Of a stretch of 64,000 nucleotides of DNA, positions 1 to 13,300 are shown piece after piece. Numbering within the stretch: the first letter of the stretch is position 1; each line of letters opens with the position of its first letter. Under the pieces are notes generated by a model, which was given only the letters and a program-made list of their open reading frames with translations, did no database searches and was not told where the DNA came from. This DNA is from Chiloscyllium plagiosum (Eukaryota). The DNA lies in assembly GCF_004010195.1 (NCBI RefSeq), contig NC_057718.1, positions 94,862,702 through 94,926,701 on the forward strand, in the 5' to 3' direction. A program made the position numbers and the translations under genes.

Positions 1-2047
1 CCAAATCATGAGAATGTATTTTTTTAAGTCTCAAAGTGAATCTTGTCTTCATTTTCTTGAACATCAACACATCCGTCCATAGCTGGAGGATAAAAGCAGA
101 ATCATAGTCACTCGGATAATAAATGGTGAAACTCCGGATGTTACAATCTGACTTATTCCATTATTTTAATGGAATCATAATTTCAGCATGCGAAGCCTTT
201 TTCTCTGCACTTTGCGAGCATCATTTCACATTACTTTCCAATAATGCTTTAATGGAACATTCAAGAGGAGACTAAAAACCTGCCACAATACCCAGTTCAT
301 TAAGTGCTCAGGTAAGTTGGCAAGGGCAAATTTCAAAGCTATGTTAGACATTCAGCAGCTGGTTTGTCCTGTGCTTTGGTATGCTCAGCTCTATTGATGC
401 ACTGCATTTGTACCATCAGAAATGAATATTAAGGTGAAATAAATCATGGTTGCATCTTCTAAATGATGCTTTAATGTTCCATTACCCATCCTTTTATTAT
501 TTTGCACTTTCCTACTCTCTAAGATTTTTCCAAATTCAGTTAAATACATAGGCCTGGAAATTTGATTGAGCACCACCTGTTTTGTAGATAGAAAACAGGG
601 TAATCAAAACCAGAATCCAGGTTGCTGAGAAGATTTGGAGGTGGGGGAGGACATGGGCATATATATTTATTCAGTACCTGAGAAATTGCTACTTGCAATA
701 TTGGAATGAGCTTCCCCACTAGCAGGGACTGGAAATGTTTTGAATGCCCTTTCCAGTTATTAAATAGAACCCTTATCGCTTGAAAAGGAAGAATGTGTAG
801 TATTCCAGGAAGGAGGTGGGGGAGTGGTACTGAGCGTGTTGCTCATTTGGAGAGCTAGCACTGACACAATGGGCTGAACAGTCGCTTCCTATGCTGTAAT
901 CACTCTGTGGTCCTTATTGCAGGATCCTTGTGTGAATTGGTCTGCCAAAGCATCTGATTCTCGGAAATGATCAGCAAGAGCACTAGCTCATGTACGCACA
1001 CACAGGCACCGAGGGGTCCACAGAAGCATTATATTTAAAGGGCTCATTCACTCTATATATAACTTAAATGGTACTTTGTCCTTTTGGGCTTTCAGCTGAT
1101 TTCTATTTTCTTTCTTTCCTCACTGCTGCACACAGTTTATTCAACAATGTGGAAAATAAGAAACAAAATAATTGTAGCATTCCATACAGTGATTCAAAGT
1201 ATTATAAATTTTTGTAAGCACTTATCAGTACATTGCATGATTTACATGCTTCTGGATAGAGTTCTTTTCTCTTTTTTCTGTTTGGCCATTTTTGAAGTTT
1301 TACGCAGATGTCTGAAAGGGTTAAAAAAACTCAAGGGGTGTGTTGAATAAATGTGACTGACCATACGGTCTCTTTAAAGGATCTTTCGATAGCTGCACCA
1401 AAGGAAAAAGCAAAATCTTCACCATTAAACTGGATTTAAAAACTCCACACTATTGTATCGCTGCAAGACATTTTGGCAGCAGTCAGTTTGTGAAAAGGCT
1501 CTAACTCTAGCTGTACAAACTATTAGTGCTTCAAAATTTCTGATTAAGTCCTTATACTGAAGTGGAAATAAACGATCAAGGAAGAAGAGGTACACAAGGA
1601 GGTATCATAATCTTTCTGCTTTTATTCTGTATTCTGTGGTTGAATTCTGACTATGGCTAACAATTGCGTGTTGGTGCCAGACTGCTGAGCAATTTTAACG
1701 GTTTGTCAGGGCTGCCTTTGGGGCTGGAGGATGAGGGAGAGCAGCAAGGAATGCAGGAGAGAGCAAGAGCTGGGAAAAGGAGGAGACTACATTGGAGACT
1801 ATTCCCCCAGCCAGATTTCAGGCTGCATTTCTGAACACTTCAGTTTCAATGGGGATCAATGTGGAGGCTGTACGCATTTCACTGAGGAGGCTGTAACTTT
1901 TCCCCACCATTTGCTACACGGGTGTTTGTGGGCTATCAAAGACTCCATGGGCCTTAATGTTAATTCAACAGGCTGAGCCATTGTACACAGGCTTGCCCAG
2001 TACAGCTAGCACTTTCTGGTGCATATCCACCAACCTACTCAGGCAAA

Positions 2048-2240
2048 TAAAAACAAAACAGTACAGATGCTGGATATCTGAAACAAACACCAAATGCTGG
2101 AAAAACTCAATGGGTCTGTGGAAAGAGAAACAGAGTTAACATTCCGAGTATGGTATGGCTCTTTTTCAGAACTATTGTTTCTCTTGCCACACGTGTGACC
2201 AGACCTGCTGAGTTTCTCCAGTATTTTATGTTTGTTTCAA
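2048..2240. mobile_element. Short Penelope-derived fold-back element (family B: ...gctggaaaaactcagcag...cagagttaac), old
   Basis: Inverted arms tgctggaaaaactca / tgagtttctccagta with a decayed hammerhead-like segment at about 2135-2173; related to copies at 29160 and 57467. Confidence 0.55.
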
Positions 2241-2376
2241 CATTCTCAGGCAGATTGGATTAGCAGGTGACTCGCCTGCAGCTGAGTTAGCACTCAACAA
2301 TATATTGGTATCTATACTGTCTTATCTTGTTTATTCTTGCTCCCAATTTGTATTTTTGTAACCCTACCCCCAATTG

Positions 2377-3008
2377 TGGGGTAGCACAGTGGTTAGCACT
2401 ACCACCTCATAGTGCTATGGACCCAGGTTCAATTCTAGCCTTGGGCATCTGTCTGTGTGGGGTTTGCACATTCTTCCTGTGTCTGTATGCGTTTCCTCCC
2501 ACAGTCCAGAGATGTGCAGGTTAGGTGGTTTGAATCACAGAATCTCTACAGTGTGGAAACAGGCCATTCAGCCCAATAAGTCCACAGTGATCCTCCAAAG
2601 AATAACCCATTCCCCAACCCTATTATTCTACATTTACCCCCGACTAATGTACCCTGCACATCCCTGAACATTATGGGCAATTTAGCATGGCCAATTCACC
2701 TAAACTGCACATCTTTGGACTGTGGGAGGAAACCGGACTACCTGGAGGAAACCCACGCAGACACGGGGAGAATGTGCAAACTCTACACAGACATTCGCCT
2801 GAGGCTAGAATCGAACCCGGGTCCCTAATATGGTTTGGCCATGTTGAATTGTCCACAGCATCCAGAGGGTATGCAGGCTAGGCGAATTAGTCGTGGGGAT
2901 TGCAGAGTTAAAGGAATAGGGCAAGGAGTTGGGTGGGTTACTCCTCAGAGGGTCAGTGTGGACTCGATGGGCCAAATGGCCTGCTTCCCCACTGTAAAGA
3001 TTCTATGA
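2377..3008 (+). mobile_element. tRNA-derived HE1/V-SINE-like element with a second copy inserted in reverse orientation (about 2533-2826)
   Basis: A-box (gcacagtggttagcac) and B-box (ggttcaattc) head, V-domain-like gtttgcacattcttcctgtgtct, and CR1-like tail cctgcttccccactgtaaagattctatga. The inner copy is flanked by a tggtttg direct repeat. Confidence 0.8.
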
Positions 3009-6000
3009 ACTGCTGCAGTCTTATGGCTGCTGATTCTCCATATCCTCTTCAATATTTCCTCTGGAGTATGTTTGTTTGCCAATCTCTGAGCTGGCACTTG
3101 CTAGGAAAGATATTCAAAAAGTGAGTATTTTTTGTCTGCATCACAGGAGCCTGGACATTGCCATTACCTGAAGTGAAGGAGGCAGCTGAGGTCTCTGCAT
3201 CCATCTCTGCCTAAATCATCCCGTCCTGCCCTATTTTCAGTCTGCATCAGGTTTTGAGGTAAAAAGTGTGGCGCTGGAAAAGCAACAGGCAGCATCCGAG
3301 AATCAATGTTTCGGGCATAAGCCTTTCAGGTCATGGTGTTAACATAATACAGCTTTTCCCTGGGTTCTATGTCTAGCTTTAAAAACAACTAAAGTTCTGG
3401 TTACTGAACACCATCGTCAGAATTCTAGAGCTTTCCCCACTCCTTCTTTCCCACAACATGCACAATGAGACAATAGTCCCACTTCCGAAATAGTGGGGGG
3501 AAAACTCAATGTTATTACTAGATTATTTCTGTTATGAAAGTAAGATTGGAGAAAACATTTCAGGTCTAGATCTCATGTTGCTGATCTCTGTCAAAATGGC
3601 ATTGGCTTCTGAATTGGAAGTCAGAGACCTGAAAGAGGTATTGAGTAGTTCACCCACTGCAAATCAGTTTGTGTCATTCACACTAAGGCTAGGTGCTCCA
3701 GATCTTAGGAGACCTAACCAGCCACCACTTAAAGAAAACCTCCTAAAAAAAAGGTCAAATCCTCACAAGCGAAATTATTATATCATTAAAATATTTAATC
3801 AGTCAACCTTATTTCACCCGTTGTCCCACATACATTAAATCCAGCAGTGGTACAGGTTGATGTTTTAGAGTTTTAGAGTGTCAAAGAGCCCACCCACACA
3901 TTTTCGTGAGGGGTTAAAATTCAACTCATTGTTTTCTTCTGTTACTTTGCTTATCAAGTCTCTCTTCATCTGCCTTGAGAGTAGATTAAGTTGGTGGACA
4001 GATTGCCTAGATGATCTCTCTAATGGGACACCAGATCCATTTCTAAAGGCTGTGTAATGATAGTGGTGGTGGGCTGTATGCCTAGAATTGGTAAGCTGTC
4101 ATAGCTCACCAGCTCTATATGGTGCAGTATCAAGCCAGCAGCATATCTGATATCAGGTTGGGAGGGGTTTCTTTCATGTCAGAGCTCATTGGGACATTCT
4201 GTAACATCTGTTGTTTGGTGCAACTGCGATCGAGCAAAGCTGCAGTGCCATTGTAGCACGCTGTCGCATCACTGTGAACAAACTCCAACCTACATTCATG
4301 TGCAATGACTTTCCACTTTTGGCAGCTCTTTTTCTCTCAGATTCACCGGGATCGGCTTTGTTAATGATTTTTACGGTTATCTAAGAAACCTTTCCTCTCT
4401 CAAAGTCCATCTGTGTGGTAATGTGAGTCACATAGGCCTGGTATCCAGGTATTAATGCTGATTATCTATCCTTAAGGCTTCAACTCTTTTTTGATTTAGA
4501 ATTCGATAGATAGTTGCGTACAATCTAATATTCGCAACATTTCCTGGGGCTTTGGAGACCAGCAGTCTAACCACTATAATTACAGATGCTGCTGCCATTG
4601 TCTCTAACCATGCACTCAAACCTCCCTTCCACCTTTAACAGCCATGTCACCCAGGCTTGTTATAATCTTCAGAACAGATCGCAATACCCCATTTTCTTTA
4701 TCCTAAATTACAGTCTCATACATAACATTTTATAAAAATGCATAGTGGTATAAAGAAAATATTGCACTCACTGTAGTTATCACTGAAACTACGTTAAAAT
4801 AAAGAGGTTGGTACACTGTATTCGAAAGATTTTATATGTTACATTTTTTCACAAATGTATAAATCATTCAAATGTCACATTTAATATATATTTTTAAAAA
4901 TCAATTACAATCTACAACACTACATCTATTTTCCAGAATTTGTGCAGATGTTCTTTGTTCAGAACCACTAATTTGCTTTTATCCTACAATTGACTTTGTA
5001 ACTTTGGTGAGGACGCTTTGTGAACTACTTTGGAAAATATGTGGTTTATTTGGGATCTATCAACAAAGCAACATCTGGTCTTTGTCACTGGGAACCATTA
5101 ATGACTTTACTGGGATGATGTGCAAGTCGGGAGTCATTTTGTATAGTTTCTCTGGAGGCCTTGGCCCTAAAAATAAACTGCACTGCTCCACATTGTTGAA
5201 TTAAATGTCACTTTGGACAAATATTTTTTAAACCACAAACTTTGGCTAATGCAGCTGCTTTTTAAAAAAAAACAGGTTTACTAGTTTTCCTAAGACTGCA
5301 TAAATCCAGTTAAAATGTTTTGAGTGAAGCTTAAATCTCTATTGTAGCATAGTGTGTACATGAACTATAAATCTTATTTACATAACTACATCTTACCAAA
5401 AACCATACATTACTGTGCCCTGCCAGATTACAAATTAAATCTAAACAGCTGCATTTGGTAATATCCAGTGCTTTCTTTATTTAACAGTTATTGATTTAAA
5501 ACATTTTTTTTCACTAAATGTTCTTACACCATAGACATGAAGTGAGAGTGACTGCCTTTGACACCTATATCGCATTTGACCAACTGTGGCAACAAGGAAT
5601 CCAAGCAAGGCTGGAGTCGATGGGAAACAGGAGGTAGGGGGGACTTCTTTGCTGTTTGGAATCATACTTAGTGAAAAGGAAAATGACTGTGGTACTTAGA
5701 ACAAATGACATAGAACATTTCAAGTCAGCCGTTTCAGCACCAGAACGTCTCTGCAGCACTTCCTGAGGGTAATGCCCTTGATCTAACCATCTTCAGCTGC
5801 TTCATCAATGATCTTACTTCCACCATAAGGTCAGAAGCTGGTTCTTTGCTGATGAAGGTATAATGTTCAGCACCATTTGTGTCAATCAGATATTGAAGCA
5901 GTCCACATCAAAATGCAGCAAGACTTGAACAATACCAGGTTTGTGCTGAAAAGCAGCAAGTCACATTCATGCTACACAAGTGTCAGGCAATGACCATCTC

Positions 6001-6142
6001 CAAAAAGAGAGGATTTAGCCATGGCTCCTTGACAATGACACAGAACGGGATGATTCATATATATACAGTGGCGAGAAGAGGCTGGGAATACTGCAGCTTA
6101 CCTTCTGATTCCCCGAAGCCAATCCACCATCAATAAGGCACA

Positions 6143-7237
6143 CTATTTGTCATCACTAAACAAAACAAATTAGAGAAAACCTTCAAGACAATCAATAATA
6201 CCCTTACTGGCATATAATTCACTAAAAAGGAGAAAAACAACAACAAACTGCCATTTCTAAATGTCACAGTAGAGCAAACATCCAATGGGCAACTTCAAAC
6301 CAGCGTCTACAGGAAAACAACACACACGGACCAAATACTGAACTACAGAAGCAATCATCCCAACACCCACAAACGAAGCTGCATCAGAACATTATTTCAA
6401 CGAGCCAACACACACTGCAGCACAGAGGAATTACGCAGAGCAGAGGAAAATCACCTATACTGTGTGTTCAAAAAGAATGGGTACCCAATGAACACAATCT
6501 GCCGATTTCTCAGCAACAAACCCAAACAAGCAGACAAAACACGTCCAGAAACCCTAGCCACTCTCCCCTACATCAAAGACATCTCGGAAATGACTGCCAG
6601 ACCAATCAGATCCCTTGGCAACATGATAGCCCACAAACCCACCCACACACTAAAACAGCAGAATAAACTTGAAAGACCTTATACAGACAACAAGCAAAAC
6701 TAATGTCATTTACAACATACTGTGCAAGAACTGTAACAAACACTACATTGGACAAACAGGCATAAAATTAACCACCAGGATACATGAACATCAGCTAACC
6801 ACAAAACGACATGACTCTCTCTCACTCGTATCCTCATATACAGATAAGGAAGGACACCACTTCGATTGGGACAACACATTCATCCTAGGACAAGCCAAAC
6901 AGAGACACGCATGAGAATTCCTAGAAGCATGGCATTCCAACCGGAACTCTATCAACAAACACATTGGGTTAAACCCCATCTACCACCCTCTGAGAAAAAG
7001 AACAAGAAATGGCATCACCGCCGGAAATGACATCACCACAGGAAATGACATCGCCAACCCAAAGAAACCCAAACATATAAATAGAGAGTAGGAATCATCA
7101 GCAGTGCTTCGCCCGGAGGCCCATTGAACATGTTACCTCGTAGGGTGACGAAACGTCTGGAAATCAACCTTTCAGCTCAGCCAGCAAACCTACATCCAGG
7201 ACCTCAACCTGAGCTACAAATCTTCTCAAAACTCGCT
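6143..7237 (+). mobile_element. Penelope-like element, 5'-truncated (RT C-terminus + GIY-YIG endonuclease + 3' pLTR with decayed hammerhead)
   Basis: Translates as LPFLNVTV..VYRKTTHTDQILNYRSNHP..HKRSCIRTLF, then NGYP..LPYIKDISE, then the GIY-YIG motif 'NVIYNILCKNCNKHYIGQTG..L.TRIHEH'. 11-bp TSD aataaggcaca at 6132-6142 and 7238-7248. Confidence 0.9.
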
Positions 7238-7494
7238 AATAAGGCACAAGTCAAGAGTGTGATAGACTCCTCACTGGCCTGGATGAATGCAGCTGTAACA
7301 ACACTCAAAAACCTGATACCATTCAGGACAAAGCAGTTCACTTGGTTGACATCACATCCACAAACCTCCATTCCCTCCACCACCGATGCTCAGTAGCAGC
7401 AGTATGTATTGTCTATAAGATAAATTCACCAATGATCCTTCGCCCATACCTTCCAAGCCACAACCACTTCCACTTAGAAGCACAAGGACAGCAG

Positions 7495-8025
7495 TCCTGT
7501 GAGTCTCCTCACTTGGGGAAAGATATACTGGCTTTGGAGGCAGTGCAGAGGAGGTCCACCAGGTTGATTCTAGAAATGAGGTGGTTACCCTGTGAGGAGA
7601 GGTTGAGCTGCCAGGGACTGTACTCACTAGAATTTAGAAGAATGAGAAGGAATCTTATAGAAACATATAAAATTATGAAAGGGATAGAGAAGATAGAGGC
7701 AACAAGTTGTTTCCGCTGGTGGGTGAGACTAGGACTAGGGGACATGGCCTCAGGATTAGGGGGAGTATATTTAGGACAGAGATGAGGAGGAACTGCTTTT
7801 CCCAGAGAGTAATGAATCTAGGGAATTCTCTGCCCAAGGAAGCAGTAGAGGCAGCTTCATTAAGTATATTCAAGACACAGCTGCATGGGTTTTTGCATGG
7901 TCGGGCAATTAAGGGTTATGGGGATAATGCAGGTAGGAGGAGCTGAGATGACAGATAGATCAGCCATGATCTTAATGTATGCCAGAGCAGGCTTGATGGG
8001 CCAAATGGTCTACTCCTACTTCTCT
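7495..8025 (+). mobile_element. CR1-type LINE 3' fragment
   Basis: 'KDILALEAVQRRSTRLI..YSLEFRRMR.NLIETYKIMKG..TRGH' CR1 ORF2 C-terminus plus 3' tail. Confidence 0.85.
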
Positions 8026-9120
8026 TACAATGAAAATATGATTCCAGTGCCTGCAAGGTCTCCTCCGAACCACTCACCATCCTGACTGGGAAATGTTCTT
8101 TCTCAATCACTGGGTCAAAATCCTGAAACTACTTCTCTAACCATCATTGTGGGTCTCCTCCGCCAATGGATTCACAGCAGTTTAAAAAGGCAGCTTCCCA
8201 CCATCTTCTTCAGGGCAAATAGGGATGGGCAATAAACGCTGGGGCAGCCAGTGATACCCACATAGAATGAATAAAAATACATACTCCTAACCTTTAATTA
8301 GAAATTCTACACCTTTTAAAGGACCACCATTTTCACAATACCCCCATCTTTTATTTAATTCTTTAATTCAGTCATTGTTTTTTGCCTCATTTTAACACTG
8401 AGCAAGTGGATGGTTTTGAATGGAAATGAATTAAAATATCAGGCATTACATTACTGTCAAGGGACACAAAACCAAAAAGAATCTTAACAATGTAAGTTGC
8501 AGGATTAGTGCAGAACACTGCTTTATGGAGTAGTGGACCTTCTTGGATTGGATCCATAGAAAACGTGGAGTGAGCTCTCTTTGTTTTGAATGTGCTGGCA
8601 TGGGTACCCACTGGGCAATGCCCATTCACTTTCTGGGGGAAAGCACAGAATTTCAATGCAAGATTAAGATTCTGTATGTAGAGTTAAGTGAATAGTGATA
8701 TTCTACTGTTTTATTAATGACCTTCCTTTGATCCCTTTCAGTGCATAACAGGAGGGCAGAGACCAGCTATAAAAGGCAGCCAAGGGTCACTCTAGAGCTG
8801 CGAGCACTGTGATTGAGGGGTACAGCTGGCCTGCATGAAGTATTGTTTGTGAAGGAGGAGTGCCCCACTATAGTCAATGATGTTGTGAGATACTGGGATG
8901 GAATTTAACACCTCGCCCCGTGATGAGTTTAATTATGCATGAGGCCCACATCTGCCCATATTGTGGGGAGGCCTGTGGATTCCCTTCCCATAATGCAGCT
9001 GCTGGAGGCTCAAAGGTGGGGCAATCGATAGTCTGTTCAGGGGCCTCATCCCACTACTGTTGACGTTCTCCAGCTCAGTGCCTAGACAAGAGTTTGGGCA
9101 TTGGAAAAACAGGGCAAGAA

Positions 9121-9222
9121 TGCAGACCGCAGGTGCTGGAGATCAGAGTCGAAGAGTGTGGCCCTGGAGAAGCACAGCAGGTCAGGAGAATCGACGTTTC
9201 AGGCATAAGCCCTTCATCAGAA
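9121..9222 (-). mobile_element. Short Penelope-derived terminus (family A) with an intact minimal hammerhead motif at 9193-9220 on the minus strand
   Basis: The reverse complement reads CTGATGA A GGGC TTAT GCCT GAAAC GTC GATTCTCC. Confidence 0.75.
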
Positions 9223-10175
9223 ACTCTAAGAAGAAGCAATTCCCTTTTGCTGTCAAATCATTACTCGCCTGCAACAAGAGCCCCACGACGGAACCCTCCA
9301 CTATTCATCACTCACCCTGAGTGTCGGATGGGTGCACTACTGACAGCCACCACCACCTGTCCAGTGGCACTGCTGGGCAGCGTACAGCTTCTAACTCTCA
9401 ATTGCTTGGCAATTCTTGGCAGGTGGGACAACTGCCACCAGGGTCCTTGGTGCTTGATCGCAGAGAAGGTCCACTGCTGCCACATTTGTCAAAGGATACG
9501 GCAGGGGCATCCTAAATGAAGTGAATGCTACAGATGCCAAGAGGGATGCTGCCTCTATATGCCCAGGTGGGGCCAGTGTTCTCTGCATTGCCCCAGGGTG
9601 TGAAATACCTTCACGGCACAATTCAGGGAAAGTCATCATTATCAGCAACGAGGAAGAAACCAGAATTACAAATTCAATGGAAGATAAGTGGAGGTTGGTA
9701 GTAAGTACATTAAAATCACACTCCTATGTGTTTTCTCTGCAAAATCTCACCTCAAGTGATCCCAGCTTAGTTTCAGAGACTGGGCTTTCTGATTTGTGAG
9801 GCGTGAAAAACAATAACTGTCACGACCGGGAAAGGAACCCATAACGAAGGATTTCATTATTTTTGTACCCTTACAGATGCAATTAAATGTTTATGAGAGC
9901 TACATCCAAAAAGTTTGTTTTATTAAATTTTCCAAAGGCTCGAAATAGCACAGTGAAAAGCACTGGACAATATTCACTCGACTGTTTTGTACCCACAATG
10001 CGCCATCTAGAGGTGGCATTCATATGTTGCACTGCTTTTCGTGAGGTTTCTCTTTACCCAGGGGGTGAGACACCGACCCCTCCATTAAATACCCCCGATG
10101 GTGTAGGATTCCCTCTGCTATCAGTCACATTCTGAGTAAGCATTGCCAAGCTACAATGTGCAACCAAATTCTATA

Positions 10176-10320
10176 AATTACACAACACCAGGTTTAATCC
10201 AACAGGTTTATTTTGAAGCACTAGCTTACGGAGTGCTACTCCTTTATCAGGTGGTTGTGGAGTACAAGATCGCATGACACAGGATTTATAGCAACACCAG
10301 CTCCTCCACATCATGACAAC
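10176..10320 (-). mobile_element. Short Penelope-derived element (family C: ...ccaacaggtttatttggaagcactagc...)
   Basis: Matches copies at 14495-14643 and 34490-34662; decayed minus-strand hammerhead (ctgataaaggagtagcactccgtaagctagtg). Confidence 0.6.
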
Positions 10321-10529
10321 CAAATGCTGACCATCTTCTCATTTTATGAATCATGACCAGGATATTAAAGAAATACACACGGAAACATATTTGAGTATGT
10401 CTATTTCGAGTGTTTAGACATTTGACACCTTTTCTCTGAAGAGGACACTGCTGAAGGATCGTCTTTCTTGTCACCAAACTTAGAGTACGCACTGTTTACT
10501 GCTGTAGGTTGTCCAAAACTCCAAGCCAA

Positions 10530-11130
10530 GACCTTGGAGTGCAGGTTCATAGCTCCTTGAAAGTGGAGTCACAGGTAGATAGGATAGTGAAGAAGACGTT
10601 TGGTATGCTTGCCTTTATTAGTCAGTAAAGGAGTTGGGAGGTCATGTTGCAGCTGTTTAGGATATTGGTTAGGCCACTTTTGGAAAACTGCATTCAATTC
10701 TGGTCTCCCTGCTATAGGAAGGATGTTGTGAAACTTGAAAGGGTTCAGAAAAGATTTACAACAATGTTGCGAAGGTTGGAGGGTTTGAGCTACAGGGAGA
10801 GGCTGAATAGACTGGGGCTATTTTTCCCACAGTGGCTGAGGGATGGCATTATAGAGGTTTATAAAATCATGAGGGGCATGGATAGGGTAAACAGTCAAGG
10901 TATTTCCCCTGGAGTGTGGGAGTCCAAAACTAGGGGGCATAGATTTAAGGTAACAGGGGAAAGATTTAAAATGGACCCTATGGGGCAACTTTTTACACAG
11001 AGGATGGTATGTGTATAGAATGATCTGCCAAAAGAAGTGGTGGAGGCTGGTACAATTGCAACATTTAAAAGGCATCCGGTTGGGTATATTTAAGCAAGGG
11101 CTGAGAGAGATATGGGCCAAATGCTAGCAA
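10530..11130 (+). mobile_element. CR1-type LINE 3' fragment (a second CR1 tail follows at about 11690-11826)
   Basis: ORF 10644-11018 'LVRPLLENCIQFWSPCYRKDVVKLERVQKRFT...TRGHRFKV'. Confidence 0.85.
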
Positions 11131-11688
11131 ATCAGACAGGACACCAACTCGTGGAGCGGTTCAGGGAACATTTCTGTGACACACAGACCAAACAACCCCA
11201 TCACCCTGTGGCCAACCACTTCACTTCCCCCTACTACTTCCCCAAGGACATACAAGTCTTGGGCCTCCTCCACCGCTAAATCAAAGCCACCCGCCAACTG
11301 GAGGAAGAAGGCGCCATCTTCCCTCCAACCAACATTAACATCAACTTTCCAAATCTCCCCTCCCCCCACCTCATTCCAGATCCAACCTGCCAAATCGGCA
11401 CTGCTCTCTTGACCTGTCCATCTTCCTTTCCACCTATCCACTCCACTCTCCCCACTGACCTATCACAATTACTCTCCACCTGCATCCACCTATTGCTTTT
11501 CCAGCTATGTTCCGCTCAGCCCCACCCCATCCCCTTATTTAACTCTCAGCCCTTCGTCCCCTACGTTCCTGATGAAGGACCTATCCCCAAAATATCAACT
11601 CTCCTGTTCTTTGGATGCTGCCTGACCTGCTGTGCTTTTCCAACTTTTCGACTCTGACTCCTGCATCTGCAGTCTTCACTTTCTCCTA
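11131..11688 (+). mobile_element. Penelope-like element 3' fragment (family A; GIY-YIG remnant + pLTR)
   Basis: 'RFREH...PVANHF.SP' endonuclease remnant. It ends with cctgatgaagg...ctgcatctgcagtcttcactttctcc, the same terminus as the short hairpin elements. Confidence 0.75.
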
Positions 11689-12154
11689 AGTACATGAACA
11701 GGAAAGGTTTGGAGGGAAATGGGCCGGGTGCAGGCATATGGGACTAGTTTAATTTGGGATTATGGTCGGCATGGACTTGTACCAAAGGATCTGATCCATT
11801 CTGTATGACTCAGACTGTATGACTCTAAGACAATCCAATTTTTCATGGGAGTGGTGTGACTGGGTATAGAGTGTCTTCGACAGATCTTCTGTGATTTCTG
11901 TCAATTAGGTGATATGCAAGAAAAAGATAGGGACCTAGTGAGTGAGAAGTGAAAAGATCAAATTTGAGAAAATCAAAGAAACAACATGATATTTGATATG
12001 ACTCAATGGGGTAGTACATTGGGAATCAAACTCAACTAAACCCAGAATCATCACAGAAGCATGCAAATTTCTGCAATTTATCTGACTTTCAGAACTATGT
12101 TAATAGAAAGCATGGACCAGGTATCTGTACTGTGTAAGAATCACTATTTATTAT

Positions 12155-12522
12155 AAGTGTATAAGTCCTGCTAAGATTTGCTTTCCCAAACTGCGGCACC
12201 TCGCATTTATCTGAATTAAACTCCATCTGCCACTTCTCAGCCCATTGGCCCATCTGGTCCAGATCCTGTTGTAATCTGAGGTAACCCTCTTCGCTGTCCA
12301 CTACATCTCCAATTTTGGTGTCATCTGTAAACTTACTAACTGTACCTCTTATGCTCGCATCCAAATCATTTATGTAAATGACAAAAAGTAGAGGGCCCAG
12401 CACCGATCCTTGTGGCACTCCACTGGTCATACGCCTCCAGTCTGAAAAACAACCCTCCACCACCACCATCTGTCTGGACAAGTTGGACCCAAGTGTCTGT
12501 TTCTGTGCTGTACATCTCTATA
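12155..12522 (-). mobile_element. CR1-type LINE RT fragment (minus strand) joined to a plus-strand CR1 3' tail (about 12476-12522)
   Basis: '[33 protein letters not shown]' on the minus strand, abutting ggacaagttggacccaagtgtctgtttctgtgctgtacatctctat in + orientation. Confidence 0.8.
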
Positions 12523-12719
12523 TCACTGCTGCCAGCAAACAACAATGTTAATCTTGAGTTTGAGATCCTGATCCTCATATACTCTTTTTCCCAGTTGATC
12601 GAGCTGACATTGTTGGCGACAAAGAATTTCATCTTCAATATCTAAGATGGCGGCGGAGCAGTGCTTTTCTTTTCTTTCTGGATCTCACTCACTTGTGCAC
12701 GGATGAGTGTGAGCCAGTG

Positions 12720-13300
12720 CAGACCTGGAGGAGAACAAGCAGGGACCTGGAATGGGCCAAGCGAGGAACTGGAGCAGGCCGAGAATGGACCTGGAGTGGA
12801 TTGAGGAGGAACCTGGAGTGTGTCAAGGGTGGACCTGGAGTGGTTTGAGGGTGAACCTGGAGCAGGCTGAGGATGGAGCAAGAGTAGTTTGGGGGGGAAT
12901 CTGGAGTAGTTTGAGGGGGAACGTGGATCAAGCTGAGTGCGGACCTGGAGTGGATTGAGGGGGAACCTGGAGTGGGCCAAGGTTGGATCTGGTGTGGTTT
13001 GAGGGTGACCCTGGAGCAGGCTGAGGATGGACCTGGAGTGGATTAAGGGGGTAGCTGGAACAGACCAAGGGTGGTTTGAGGGGGAACCTGAAACAGGTCG
13101 TGGGTGAACCTGGAGTGGATTAAGGGGGTACCTGGAACAGGCCGAGGGTGGACCTGGAGTGGTTTGAGGGGGAACTTGGAACAGGCCGTGGGTGAACCTG
13201 GAGTGGATTAAGGGGGTACCTGGAACAGGCCAAGGGTGGACCTGGAGTGGTTTGAGGGAGAACCTGGAACGGGCTGAGCCAGGACATGGAGCAGGCCGAG
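12720..13300. repeat. G-rich minisatellite; 22-bp monomer with 44/88-bp higher-order periodicity
   Basis: Alternating units ggacctggagtggattgagggg / gaacctggagcaggctgagggt; ggacctggag recurs at 12787 and 12831 (44 bp apart); roughly 26 monomers. Confidence 0.9.

Larger units (their letters stand above)
5530..8276 (+). mobile_element. Old decayed non-LTR retrotransposon (CR1-group/Jockey-like RT + 3' tail), interrupted by Penelope (6143-7237) and CR1 (7495-8025) insertions
   Basis: RT-like remnants (atcttcagctgcttcatcaatgatct; tttgctgatga). The 3' tail agggcaaattagggatgggcaataaacgctgg...gaatgaataaaaa recurs at about 40730-41065 and in SINE tails. Confidence 0.6.

Noticed and set aside
187..316. 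Possible exon ending at the strong donor CAG|GTAAGT (310)
   Set aside because: All three frames from the nearest acceptor contain stops, and there is no other support.
12720..13300. CRISPR-like repeat array
   Set aside because: The units are contiguous with no unique spacers, and the context is a vertebrate genome.
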